From Rhizaria sp. SCN 62-66 (Eukaryota), in the NCBI GenBank assembly GCA_001724265.1, contig MEDY01000231.1, forward strand, positions 1 through 50,138: a DNA stretch of 50,138 bases, in the 5' to 3' direction. Both the position numbers and the translations under genes were made by a program. Under the pieces are notes generated by a model that ran no database searches, was not told where the DNA came from, and saw only the letters and a list, made by a program, of their open reading frames with translations. Position 1 is the stretch's first letter. Each line of letters starts with the position of its first letter. This document shows, piece by piece, positions 34,001-47,432 of this stretch.

Positions 34001-37000
34001 AACTGCAAGAAGGCTTGGTGTGTCAGGAGTAGCAAACGCGCTTGCAGCAGCACGATAACGCGCGGCAGCGCTTGGTTTTGCACCAGCGCCAGTACCAACA
34101 GTAGCGGCGCTAGCGCCTGAGCGGCCCTTACCCCTGTTAGTGCTTGTACCGTTCGTGGTAGCTTGCTCTTGCACGCTAAGCTCGTGAGTAACACTCTCGC
34201 GCCCGCGGTTTTTTGGAAGGCGTTTGATGACGCGCACTGAAACGTTGCGGAATTCAATTCGCGTTGGCTCTTTGACACTCCAGCGCTCTACTTCCTGCGG
34301 CACCGTGTGCATCTGCGCGTACTTGGCCGCCAACTCATGCACGTCGACATGCCTGCGCACGCTCACGTCGCTATTGTCCGCCCAGTCGGGCGCAGTGGCG
34401 ACGGGCGTAATCGCAGCAGCCGCAGCGCGCGCGGCGGCAACCTCGGCAGCGGCCTCGGCGGCGGCGACGGCAGCGGCAACGGCACGGTCGGTCGCCTCGC
34501 GCTCCTCAGCTTCGCGGCGCAGCTTGACCTTGAGATACTGCTCACCGGCATCGCTCTTGTCGCCATCGCTGCCAGCGTCGTCGTCAGTGCGACTCACAAT
34601 CTTGTCGCTGCCGTTTCCGTCAACATCCGTGTCGCTGTCGCTGAGCGCATTGGCGTGGCGCCGGGTCTTTGCGCTTGGCTTTTCGCTGCCAGCGCTTAAC
34701 TTGGCAGCAGCAGCTGCAGCCGCAGTGACTGGCTTCTTGACGGCGAGCGCAGTGTTATTTTTTGTTCCGTGGGAGTTAGTGTTGTAGCGCTCGTCGTCGC
34801 TTGTTAGCTCAACGTCGCTGCGGAGAGACCGTGAGCGTGACCGCGAGCGCGACTGCGGGTGTGCGCGTTGTGACTTTGTTGTAATGCTATTAGCAACAGC
34901 AGGCGTTGGGCGCACAGTGCAAGACGCAGGGGAGCCAAGCGAGAACTCAACTTTGTCACCAACCTTGACATCAACAGCATTGGTTGTAGAGTCGATGTTT
35001 GCGCTAAGGGCAGCGGCAAGGTCTTCTGCCGCAACCATGCTGCCGGTGCGCCCGCGCTGCTGTTGCCTTTGCTTTGATCCGGCCTTGGTCGTCTTGGTGG
35101 CAGCGTAGCTCGGCGACGCAATAGAAGCAAACGCGCTTGCGCGCGACTTGGGGCTCAAGTCAGAGACGTTGCTGCTGCCGCGGACAATGCGAGTGGCACT
35201 GTCCATAGCACCTTCTTCTTCGTCATAGTCGTCTACATCCTCTTTAGTGTTCACTGTGTTTGCACAAGAGTTCTTCGCAGCAGTAGTTGACAATCCATCA
35301 CTTTTGACGTCTTTGCTACTAACAGCGCTCGCAATGGCGTTGCTCTTGCTCTTGCTTGTGATGTTGCTCTTGCTGTTTAACGCAACGCGGCTTGAGACTA
35401 ACGCAACTGCTTCGCTTGCAAGCTCCTGCTGCTTTTGCTTTCCGGTGTCGCCAGTCCTGAGTCCGGGTGTCGCGACTGCAGGTCCGGTGCAACTTGGCAG
35501 AGCACGAGTTGACGTAGAAGCCAAGGTGGAGGCCGGTGCGGAGGACAGGGCTGAGGTGGAAGCTGTGGCTGCAACCGCCGCGGTCGCAGCCGCGCGCTCT
35601 CTCTCGGCCACAGCCGCAGCAACGGCGTCACGCGCCCTTGCCACCGCATCAGGCGTCTTTGAGGGTGCCGCAACAGCAGCCGCACTTGCGACAGCGGGAG
35701 TAAGGCGCGTGCTTGCAGGAATAGCGGTAACATTGGCGGTGGCAGCGCGGGTTACAGCGGCGGTATTAGTGGTTGTGACAGCCATGGGATCCGCAAAGAC
35801 GTCGTCGTCTTCCTCGCTCGCGCCGTCTCCGCGGGTGTTCTGTTGCTCGAGCTGTTGCTTGAGGCGGTACTGCTCAGCGGCCGCAGCCTTTGCCGCTGCG
35901 CGTTGCGCGTGCTTAAGCTGCTTCTTGATGCGCTTGGAATTGACAGCAGCTGCAGCTGTACCGGCACCAGCAGTGTAGACCGCGTTTGGCGAGTCTGCGT
36001 CAGATTCCGATGCAGTGCTGGCCTTGACACTCTTGTCAGTGCTGTTGTCAAAAACTGGAATGGCTGTTACGGAGGGGCGCGTCGACAAACCTGGCATCAC
36101 CGCCAGCCCGCCGAGCGCGGGTCCCGTTGTATTCACTGTCACTGGCAGAGGCGCCGGCATTGCAACTGCGCCGAGGCCCAAGCCCAGGCCAAGACCGGCG
36201 GCTCCTGGTGGCGCGTAGAAGGACGGGGGTACAGCGCTGTAGCCGCCGCTTCCAACGCCCACAGCCGCGACCGCGGGTTGGCCCAACGCAAGCGCGATCT
36301 GCGTGGGCGTCGCGCCGCGGCTGACGCTGCCGCCCGCGCTGGCGCTATTGCCCGCGGCCATGTGGCCGTGGCCGTGTGCGAGTGAGGCGGCGAGCGGCTG
36401 CGGGTACGCAAGGCTGCTGCTGCCGTGCGCGTGGCTGTGCGCGGCGCTGGCCGGCCGGCTGAGCGCGGCGGGAGCAAGGGACATGGCCGCACCGGTAGCA
36501 AGGCTGAGGCTATCGCTATGTCCGTGGCGCGACGGCTGCTGCTGCTGATGGTGCTGCTGCGGGAAAGTCAGCACGTTGTTGTTGCCGTGGCTGAGGCTGC
36601 TGCTTTGGCTGACAGGGCGCGCCGCAAGGTGGCCGTGGGCAATGACAGGCAGTGCAGTCGCGTGAGCCAGCGACGGCGGCAGCGAGTCGCCTGACTGCAG
36701 TGGGAAAGCTACTGCGGGTGCGGCTGTGCCATACCCAAGAACAGCTTGAGTACCTGCGGCAGTCACGGGAACTGGTGGTGTTGGAGGCGAAGCAGCAATG
36801 TTATTATTGCCCAAAATGTTCGCGCTGAGCGCAGATAAGTCATGCGCAAACGCACTTGACGGCCGCCTCTGCTGTGCGTTGATGTTTCCAACCACGGCAA
36901 GCGGCAGCGCGAACTGAGGCGGCTGCTGCTGACGCGTGTTGCTGGTGGCGCGCGGAGACGACGGCGCCGATACAGAGCCGACGCCGCCAGCGCCGTCGCC

Positions 37001-37600
37001 GCCGTGTCCGTGGCCATGGCTGCCGGTACGGCTGTGCGCGCGTGTGCGGCTGTGCGCAAGTGACGGCGGGCCGGCGTGGGCGCTACCGACGACGACAGCA
37101 GCGCCGCTGCTGATGATACTGGTGTCGTTGGTGGCGTAGTCGGCTGTGTAGCCGTACACAGCTGAGTTACCGAGCGCAGCGGAGTGACCGTGAGCGGAGC
37201 CAGGCATTGAGTGCCGATAACTTAAATCGGTTGCGCTAGTGCCAGTGATAACACCCGCGCTGGCGTTGGTGCTGACGCCTGCGTTCGCAAGGAGCAACGA
37301 CTGCTTGTCGGCAAACGGCAGCCCCGCAGCGGGAGCAGGAGTCGCTGAGCGAGATGCGATGTGCATGTTGTACAAATCGGTCGCTGATGCAGAGGACGAA
37401 GACGAGGACGCGGGCGAGCCGGGCCGGGAAACAGCGCCTGCGTTGTTAGCGCCGCTCGCAGTGTTGCCGTTAGTTGCGGAGCTGCCCGTGATGCTGGAGA
37501 AGGCGGGGGTCGGCCCGCCGCCGCCGTGCATTGTAGAGCCCTGGCGACGGTGGCGGTTGCTTGCAGCAGCCGCAGCCGGCGCAGAAGCGGAGGGGTCCAT
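31041..37600 (-). CDS. ABCG (White-family) half-transporter A with a very long disordered N-terminus, exons 37600-33392, 33261-31545, 31357-31041
   Basis: Walker A GASGAGKT, Q-loop GYVMQ|ED, signature ISGGQRRRVS, Walker B LFLDEPTSGLD, TIHSP, NPAEF and a C-terminal TMD. Introns 33391-33262 and 31544-31358 preserve frame; TAA stop. Confidence 0.93.
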
Positions 37601-38416
37601 AGCGCGCGTCTCGGCGGAGCAGTCCGATTGACGCGTTATGCACTGAGACTGAAGAGCGCTGAAAGCAGACCTGAAGAGGGGCTGTCAAGGAAGATCTGAA
37701 GCACGTTCAACGCGTTAGCGTAAGGATATTATTGTGAGTCGTTGTTGTAGACTACAATCAACTTAAAAATGTGGGAAAACAATGATTTTTTTTTAAGATA
37801 GGCAAGATATGAGTCGACACAAATGAGGAAAAACGAGGAGTAGTGGGAGTTGTTGCAGGACGATCGCGGATCGTTTGAAAGAGTCGATACACAATAAAAA
37901 CATATGTCTCTCAAAGTTATATGCTGGTAAAAGATAAACACAACAAAGACATAACGTTTCTATGAGGTATAACTTGAAAATCACACAAGTATATGATGAA
38001 CATCTCGATTTTTTTCGGTGTAGGTCAGGCTCGCAGGCAGATTTTTTGCCTCACCGCTATTGCTTCCGTGCCCCTCGTGCTCACAGTCGACATTTGAAGC
38101 TAAGCCACCCAGGCACACAAAGGAGCAGCAGCAACAACGTCTTCAAGTCACTCAACTTCAAATCCATCTTCTACTTCACAGCTCCGTTGTAACGCTCTTT
38201 CTTGCAACTTGAACAAAATTATGTTCGGTAATGCACCCCAACAAAATGTTGCTTTCTCACATGCTGCCTACATTGCCCCGCCCTGGTCACTTCTAATTCC
38301 CATGCTTCAAGTTGTTCTTAACCTTAGCGCAGCCTCTTCTTTCTCCCTTTATACCTACAACGGCTGCTTCCTGGTGAACAGCGCGCGTTGCTGCTGCCAC
38401 TGTTCCTGAATCCGCA

Positions 38417-40101
38417 ATGCCAACGCTGTCCTTTCACAGCATCACCGTTTCGGTGCCCGACATCAAAGGTGCGCGCCGCTATCTCCCCGCCGCATGCGTC
38501 TCCAACGCCAACCGGCGCGAAGTATTGCACTCAATCTCTGGCAAGTTCCCTCAAAAGGGCATCGTCGCAATCATGGGCCCGTCCGGCTCCGGCAAGACCA
38601 CGTTCCTCAACGCCGTGAGCAACCGCATGGCAATCGGCGGCTCCAGCGGCGTCAAGTGCTCCGGTGCTGTGCGCGTCAACGGGCGCGAGGTCGACCCCGA
38701 GTTCTTTTACTCCAAGTCCGTCTCGTTCGTCCCGCAGGACACGTGTCTCTTCGCAGAGCTCACGCCGCGCGAGGCTATCCGCTTCTCTACCACGCTGGTC
38801 TACCCCACGATGTCGGCGCCCGCAGTGGAGGCCAACGTCAACAGCACGCTCGCCGCGATGGGGCTCGGCAAGTGCGCGGACACGCCGGTCGGAAACGAGA
38901 TGTTCCGCGGCGTCTCGGGAGGCGAGCGCAAACGGTACGAACACACGTTTGATTAAAAAAAGCACTCCATTGGGATTGCAGCTTAATGCCTTTGAAGTGA
39001 CTTGAAGTCTGACATGCTCGCTTGACACGTCGCTTTACATGTACTGCAACATCCTGTGACTGATTGCAGCAACTTGAAACCAATATTACTTAAATGGCGC
39101 AGGTGTGAGCAGACACATCTACAAACAAGCTAACAGATCTGATTTGTGAACTGTTCTTGCATATGTTCTAGCACGAGTATCGGCGTCAACATTGTTAACA
39201 ACCCGTCGGTGCTGTTCCTTGATGAGCCAACCACAGGTCTCGATAGTACGTCACTTTGTTCTTACGCGCAAACTTAAAGTTCGAGCTTGAATATCTGAAT
39301 ATACATCTTATATGCATCCTGTATTGCTTTGACTCTCCTTGTAGCCGAGACTGCCGCGATGGTTGTTCGTTCGATTCAGAACATCTCCGGCTCCCGCCCC
39401 TCCACGAACGCAAGTTCGAGCTCGAGCTCGAGCTCGGGTTCCAGTTCCAGCTCCAGCTCAATCACCTCAACCGCCCCGCCGTCGTCCGCCGCGTCCACGG
39501 CTGACTCTGAGGAGGACGGCCGCATCGTGATCATGACCCTGCACCAGCCGTCGTCGGACATCTGGGACATGATCGACCACCTCGTCATCCTGGCGCAGGG
39601 CTACGTTGTCTACAACGGGCCCGCCAAGGACGCCATGGACTTTTTTGTCTCCATTGGCTTCCGTCGGCCCACACACATCAACCCCGCGGACTACTTCCTC
39701 GACATCGTGCAGTGCGAGGAAGACGACGACGACGCCAGCGCCGCCTCAGCCTCCGTCGCTGCGGCGGCGGCGGTGCCGCAGATGCCTGCGCTGCCCGGTT
39801 CCTCGGCTGCGGCTACGGCAGCGGCGGCGGCGGCGGCCAGCGCGGCGGTTGTTGCGCGCACCAAGGGCTCCAAGAAGCAGCGCGCGAAGTTTCTCGCGAC
39901 TGCGTGGCGTCACCACGAGAAGCTGCGCCGTGCGCCGCCCCCGATCCCCAGCAGCAACAACAACAACATCAGCAGCAGCACTGGGGCTGGGATTGGTTCT
40001 GCCACCTTGAGTGTTACCAGCGCTGCGGCGCCGGGGCGCGGGGCGGCAAGCGTGGGTGCACTGATGGGCTGGGACAACGGCCGCAGCGGCAACGCCGTCA
40101 C

Positions 40102-40132
<31 letters not shown>

Positions 40133-41740
40133 GCTGTCGGTGGTGGCAGCGTGACCAACGTCGTGAAGGACGCGCGCAGGGCCAAGCTCGAGGAGATGGT
40201 GCGTAAGTACAACGAGCGCATGCAGCAGCAAGCCGAGGACAACGGCGACGCGCTCGACGAGGAAGAGGACGACGGGGGATACGGCTATGATGAAGCGGCG
40301 TACGTCAACACAGCGTTTTTCGGAGATATCTCGCTTGTTTCTTGAATAGTTTAAACAATATTCCGCAAATGTAAAAACTATTTATTTTTACATTTGAATC
40401 TATTATTTGTTTTTAAATTTTAAAATATCTCTCAAATTCTGAAACGTTGATTTGATTTCTGGCGATCTAAAAAAATATCGGCCGAAATTAACTTTCATCA
40501 CTATCTTCTCACATCTTGACATGATGACTTGTTTTGCGCGTTCACAGTGCTCCCAATGGCTCATCGTTAGCCCCTTACGGCAGCGCCTTGTCTACCCCGG
40601 CGCAGGCGGTGAAGGGCACGTGGAGCCACGAGCTCAAGACGCTCACCGCGCGGTCCTGGAAGACGTTCTCGCGCACTCGGTACGTAGGCGCTGAGAGTGA
40701 ACCAGCGCTGTAACATTTGAGCCCAGTGCGCCTTTGCCTTGAGTGAAAAAATCCACTGAATTACTGAGAGCTCTATTTGTGCACATTTGTGAGCTTATGC
40801 AACTTGAAAAACTTGATTCTCACACTTACACTTTGACGCCAATTCTTGTTTTCACCACAGCCTGATGATCCCAATGAAGCTGGTGCAGATCTTCATCACC
40901 GCTGTGCTTATTATCGGGCTTTTTTCCCCATTTGGCTTCGACCAGATCTCGGTGCTGAACCGCACGGGCTGCATGTACCTCGTCATCATCGTCCAGATCT
41001 TCGCCACTGTGCTCTCCGTCGTCATGCTGTTCCCAGCGGAGCGCGGCGTCTACCTCAACGAGCAAGCGCAGCGACTGTACTCGGTGTCGTCTTACTTTGT
41101 TAGCAAGCTCATCATTGACCTGCCAATCCTTACCCTGACCATCTTTGGCTTCTGCCTGCTGGTGTACTTCCCCGTCGGCTTCCAGAGCGACTTCGCACGC
41201 TTCCTGCGCTTCTTCTTCGTGCTCGAGGGCGTCGCCATCTGCGGCCACGCCATGGGGCTTATTGTCGCCGCCTGCGTTGCCTCCCCCGCCATTGCCGCCC
41301 TGCTCGCCCCCATGGCCATCGCGCCGTTTATTCTCTTCTCGCACATCGCCATCCCCGGCGACCCTGACGCCAAGATCATCGGCATCCTGCGCCCGTTCCA
41401 GATATTTTCCCCCTTCTGGTGGGGGCTTGACGCGCTGGCCGTAACAGAGTTTGCGGGGCTCAAGCTGCACTGCACCGACGACCAGGTGTACGCCGTGCCC
41501 TCAGTCGAGCACGGGCTGCTTTACATGTGTCGCTTCGTGTTGGGAGAGGAAGTCCTAATGAGCTACAGCATCCACCTGGGCGCCTTCGCGCCCTCGCTCG
41601 TGTACCTGTTCCTAATTGCCACCATGCACGTCGTCATGTCGGGCGTGCTGCTCAAGGTACTCTCGCTGCGCGTCGCTAAGTGCGTGCCGATGGAGCCGCC
41701 GCAGGCCGCCGTCAGCGCGCCGCGCCTCGTGCGCAAGTGA
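38417..41740 (+). CDS. ABCG (White-family) half-transporter B, exons 38417-38934, 39172-39245, 39345-40299, 40548-40679, 40861-41740
   Basis: Walker A GPSGSGKT, FVPQD, VSGGERKR|TS, LFLDEPTTGLD, TLHQP, NPADY and a TMD with FPAERGVYLNE. Four GTACG-AG introns with consistent phases; TGA stop. Confidence 0.93.
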
Positions 41741-42376
41741 GTGAGTGAGATGTAAAAGGTTGTGTGAGTAAGGCCTGTAAGCGCAGATCGTGAGATTGTA
41801 TGGATGCAAAGCACACATAGGAGGCAAGTCGACGTTTCTGTATACGGATGAGCGAGGCCCGTTCATTCGTGACTCAAGGTTTTGTAAGTGTGATGTGATG
41901 TAGTGTGACAATGTTTTGTATGAAGTCAGCGCTGCTGTGAGTTTAATTTTTATTTGTGTTTGCTGTCATTGAATAGTTGGTCGAGTTCGTAGCTTTGATA
42001 CTTCGTGATTGTCTTTGAATGTATACGTACGTGTGCCAAAATGAATACGATAAGAGTGGACAATACAATGCTTGAGAGCAGTGTTTTGTATTGATTGTTG
42101 TGCGCTACAGAAAATTAATTGGATAAATACGGTATAATACACATTATCAATAGTAATTGTTGCAATATTGAAGAATAATACACTTTTAAATATGTTTGAG
42201 TTGTTCATAGCACTAAAGCGAACAAAGCGTAGCCGGCCCTAACTGGAGCAGTGCTGCAACTCATGACGCCTGCGTCTGGTTCGCAATACATAGGCTGTCA
42301 ACTGGCCAGAGTGCAGCATTCGTCGTTGCAGCGTGCGTTGCCAGAACAGCTGCAAGCTTTAGCCACAGTGTCGCTT

Positions 42377-44491
42377 TCACGCAACAGAGCTGCTGTCCCC
42401 CCCAGCAGCAGAGCCAGGCGCGGCAGGGGCAGCGACTACGGGCGCGGGCGCGAACATGCTGTCGGCCAGAGCGACCTTCACAGGCGCCGCTGCAACAGTA
42501 ACAGCAGTATAAACAGGAGCAGATGCAGCCCCAACCTCAGCAGGAGCAGCAGCAGCGCTAGGAGCGACGACAACTGGAGCCAGCGCCGCCGCCACAGTCA
42601 TGGGGACTGCAGGGGCAGCAGCAGTGGCGGCGGGCGCAGCGGCCGTCGCGGGCGCGGGCTTGGCGAGCCCACGCGCAGCGGCCTCGGCGCGCATGCGGTC
42701 GCCAAGCTGCTTGAGCACGTCGGCGCCGCCTTTCTCGTTCATCACCCACTGCTTCATCTTCTCGTCGTTGCCAACAGCGAAGGTGCCGAGCATGACGCCC
42801 AGCAGGATCAGCAGCCCGATGTTGCGGTGCGCGCGGAAGGCCGCGCCGCACGCCTCGCGGTTTGTAGGGTCCAGCGCGCGAACCTGCTGCAGCATGAAGC
42901 GCAGCGGCAGCAGCGCGGTGAGACAGAGCCACTCGATCGAGGCCGAGTTGACAGAAACGAGCCCCGCGGCCGCGAAGCAGCCCGCCGCGGCCCACGCGAA
43001 GGCGCGCAGGTACGCCTTGATCTACACAGCGATGAAACAAAACAAAAACGGAGCAAAAGCGGAAAATACCAGCGTTGTGAGTGATATATCGGCGATAAGT
43101 CTTAAAAAAAGAAATAATTATCGCAAGTGAAGCATAAAAGTAAGATCTCTTTGGCCGCGTACCTGCGGTCCGAAGTGGAGCGCCGTGGACTTGACGCCGA
43201 TCTCCTTGTCGTCTTGCGTGTCTTGAAGCGCGTAGACGGTGTCGTAGAAGATGGTCCACGCGACGCCACCCAGGTGCAGCAGTGCGAGCGCGGGCGCGTG
43301 CGGGGCCAGGTTCTCCACGCCCACCGCGGCCGCCGCGCCGACCCAGAGCCCCCAGTTGAAGGTGAGTCCCAGCACGGCCTGCGGCCAGTTGGTGTAGCGC
43401 TTCATGAGCGGGTAGGCGACGACGAGCGGCACGGCGGCCATGGCGACGGCGGCCACGCGCAGGTCGCCGATGGCGGGCAACACGGCCAGCCCCACGAGGC
43501 ACTGCAGCGCCGTGAAGGCCAGCGCCTGCGGGGCCGACACGGCGCCCGACGCCAGCGGCCGCGTCTGCGTGCGCGCCACGCGGCGGTCAAAGTCGCGGTC
43601 CCACAGGTCGTTGATGGTGCAGCCCGCGCCGCGCATGGCGACTGCGCCCACGGCGAGCGCCGCGCACAGCGAGAGCGCGGGCGCGCCCTGCGGCGACACC
43701 AGTGCCGCGCCCCAGTAGCAGGGCAGCAGCAGCAGCCACGTCCCGATGGGCTTCTCGAGCCGCGCGAGGTGCGCGTAGTGCTGCAGCGCGGGCGGGAGCG
43801 CGGCGACGAGGCGCGGGGCCGCGGCCACGGATCCCAGCGCGCGGAAGAAGGCGCGCGCCTCGGTCAGCAGCGGCAGCGCGGCCAGCCCCGCGGGCAGCGG
43901 GGTGAGCAGCAGCTCCTCGGCGCGCGCAAACGGCGCGGGGAGGAACGACTCCAGCTGCGCCTGCGATTGTGCAGGCAGTTGCGCCTGCTGCGGCGGCTGA
44001 GGCTTAGATGGCGAGTTTGCGACTTTGGCGGCGGCTGCTGTGTTGGAGAAGGCGCGCACGGGCAGCGCTGTCGAAGCCAGGGGGTTGCACGCGGAGGCCG
44101 CCGCCGTAGAGCTAGCGCTGGAGCTGGAGCAGGAGAGCAGAGCTCCTTGTGTGGACGCGAGACGAGGGCGGGGGCCCGTGGCAGCGAGCGAGCCGCTGAC
44201 GCTGAAGGGGCGCGAGGGCAGCGACAGGACGGCGGTGCGCGCGGCGCCAGCGCGGGCACGGACGCGCAGAGGCAGCTGCACGGGTGTAGTGGCAAGAGCG
44301 CTGACTGCAGCAGCCGCCTTAGGGTTGAGCGCAGCGGCGAGCGAGGACGCGGTGCGCACCGAGGCCCCGACAGTAGCGGCAGCGCTGTGGCGGCACGGGG
44401 AGAAGGGAGACGAAGATGCCGGGAGGGAGGCGGCGGCAAGCAAAGACCTGCGCAGAGCAGCAACCGGCTGGCGAGCGCGCAAGGCAAGCAT
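42377..44491 (-). CDS. COQ2: 4-hydroxybenzoate polyprenyltransferase (UbiA family, mitochondrial), exons 44491-43163, 43021-42377
   Basis: RLEKPIGTWLL, MRGAGCTINDLWDRDFDRRVARTQTRPLASG, YPLMKRYTNWPQ, LGLTFNWG and YDTVYALQDTQDDKEIGVKSTAL. Arg/Ser/Ala-rich presequence; phase-0 intron 43162-43022; TGA stop. Confidence 0.96.
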
Positions 44492-44836
44492 CGTCTGCGG
44501 GAGTGCATGCAGGCAGGATCGGAGAACGGGAGGGTGGTGGGGTTGGACGGAGACGAGTGTGAGGGTAATACTGTAAAGTTAGTATAAGCAGATAACACGG
44601 TAAAGACCGTGTACGACGCATAAAATAACAAAAATAAACGTAATGTGGCAGGATTGAAATAATATTTATATCGCACTTTATCAGAGACTCTATACTATCC
44701 AGGCTCACATATTTCATTATCTCTGTGGCCCGCGCGAGTCAGATCTTGCCACCCTCGATTCCAGGCTTCACTCCCAGAACGCACTGCACCTTATAAACGC
44801 TTTCTAAGACGCCACCCGCGAGTTCCCAGCGCTAAC

Positions 44837-46665
44837 ATGCTGTCTTTTGTTGGCCCCTTGCTCTGGGCGTACTTCCGAGGTCCGTACCTGCTCTATCCCG
44901 CCCGTTTCCCCTCATCGCCATCAAACGGACCACAAACCGCACACTTCTCATATCTGCTCATGTGTATCACCTAACCCTTTTTGCCCCGCTCTGACCCTCT
45001 TTGCCCGCCTCTCCCCAGGTGTGTGGGACTCCCTGCGCGGCCTGAGCAAGGTTTTCTACTTGTACCGCAGCTCCCGCGCGATCCGCAAGGCGATGAACAA
45101 GTCGCTGGTGCTCAACGGCGCCGTGTTCCTGGGCTCGCTGCTGCTCATGACGGCGCTGCGCACGGCAATCACGCGCGTCTTCTTCCTCTCCGACCCTGTC
45201 TCCGTGTTTGACGACGCCGAGTCGCTGCTGGGCTGGGCGCTTGCCGTGCTGTGGCTGACCCCGCTCTACCTCGTCTCCACCGTGCTCTCGGCGCCCGCGT
45301 ACAGCGCGATCGCGGCGCACACGCACCGCATCGCCAACCTCGACATGCCCGCGCCGCTGCCCGCCGACGGCGACGGTGACGGCGCCGGCAGTGGCAGCGG
45401 CGACGGCGACGTCGACGGCGAGGGCGACGTCGGCGCGCGCGGCGGCGGTGTAAGCGCGAGCGCGAACTCTAAGAATAGTGGCGGCGGCGGCGGCGGCGGT
45501 TTCGGCGCGCTGTGGCAGTTCATGACGACGTACGCGGAGGAGGTGTACCGCCTGCTGGTGATTAACGTCGGCATGCTGCTGCTGTTCCTGCTGGCCGCGC
45601 TGCTGGGGCCCTTCGACGTCCTGCTGCTGCTCCCGGGTACGCCATGAAATCACAATTTGGAGAATATCTTTGTGAGATTGTCTCAGTTTGTTTGGAAATT
45701 GTGTATCCACGCAATTATTTGTTATTCATACTTGTATTATGTAACTTCATTATGAGGCACCTGCATCTATCATTCAAATTTCCTTACTGATGTGATCTCA
45801 CCACACTGCACCGCATCGCTTCATCTCTTTGCTCCTCCTTCCCCCAGGCTCCGCGCTCATCTACGGCGTGTACCTGTTCGACTACCGCTGGTCGCTCGAG
45901 GGGCTGCCCACGGCGGTGCGGCTTGAGGTTGTGGAGACGCGCTGGCCCTACTTCGTCGGCATGGGCACTGTGCTCGCCGCCAGCGGCGTCTTCTTCTCTC
46001 GTGACTACACCGGGCTCGGCGCCTACCTGGGCACGCTCGCCGCCACTGGCTGCGCGCCGCTCTTCGCTCAGACCGCAGCCTCCGCGTCCGCGTCGGTTGG
46101 GGCGTCGACGGGCGCGGTGGGCGCGGCCTGCGCGGCCGCTGCTGGGGCGGCGCGCGACGTCTTCTCGGGCACCTTCTCCTTCTTCCTGGGCTCGGGGCTC
46201 TACGCGCTGCTCTTCCCGCTCTTTCTTGTTGCCGCCGTGCTTGCGCGGCCGCCGCAGGAGATCCCCACCGCCACCACCACCACCACGGTCACTGCCGCGG
46301 CGGCGGCGGCGGCCACGGGCAGCGCCAACGCCGGCAGCGGCGCCGCGACTGGCGCCGCTACGAATGCGAGTGCAGGTGCCGGTGGCGCGGTCGGTGCCGG
46401 TGTCGGCGGCGGCGGCGGCGGCGTGGTGGTGGTGCGCCGCGCGCGGCCGATCCCGCGGCTGGTGGCGGTGCGCTGGCTGCGCCGCCTCTCGGACTGGATC
46501 CTCGGCGCCGCGCTCGCGCTGCTTGGCGGCGACGCGCGCGGCGGCGGCGGCGGCGGCGGCGGGAGCGGGAGTGGGAGGAAGAAGAGTGCGCGCAAGACGG
46601 CGGCACAGCAGCAGCAAGAGCAGGGGGATGCGGCGGCTGCGAGCGCGGGTGTTAAGGTGGATTGA
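44837..46665 (+). CDS. EI24: EI24 (etoposide-induced 2.4) family membrane protein, exons 44837-44879, 45019-45636, 45848-46665
   Basis: GVWDSLRG, LNGAVFLGS, LWLTPLYLVS, YGVYLFDYRW...RLEVVETRWPYFVGMG and YALLFPLFLV match EI24 motifs. Two phase-1 introns; TGA stop. Confidence 0.85.
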
Positions 46666-47432
46666 AGAGAACGCTCGTAGGGGGAAGCTGATTGTGAGCA
46701 CGGGTCACCCACAGTCACCGGGTCACTCGGGCTCACTGTCGTGGCGTGTATAATCAAGACAAGTTTGAGTCACGTTTAAAGTAATGCCATTTTATTTTGC
46801 GTAATGAGCGCATCCCTTTTTACGTCACTCTTGTGATAATTCTTTCAAACATGCGAGTAGGTAAGCGTGTAAGGTTACGTCCATGTGCAACATATCACCG
46901 ACGTAACATCAGAGTTCCGGGAGGATTTGCGCCATTCTTTTGGTACATAGCGAGCTTTGCTGGCATCAGCCCGACACTTATTAGATTATACAACGCATCA
47001 ATTAATTTTCTTTTCTTTTACATTTTCTGTAGACGTACTTATGTCTTATTAAAGTCAGTCAGAAATAAGTGACCCACAATCACCAGGACTCAGTCATCTG
47101 CCGAAATGATTCGCACATTTCAAAGGTCAGTCTCACTTAGAGTAAGCGTACGCACTTATGTATGCAGTCGATTTAATATCGAAAGATGCGACGGCTGGCC
47201 CCACAAGTTCTTTTGCATAATTGGCAAGCAACAAACGAAGAGCTATTCATCTGACATGCTTTACCTCAAAAATTAAATATCAATGCTCGCATATCAAAAA
47301 GAAAGCGGCTGCAATAGCACCAGGAACAACAGCAAACAGTAGCAGTAGTTGACGCAGCAGGCAACATCTTCTGTTCGCCACCCTGGCCGGGCGCTCCGTC
47401 TTGCCAGGCATTGCCAGCTACACTCAGAACAC

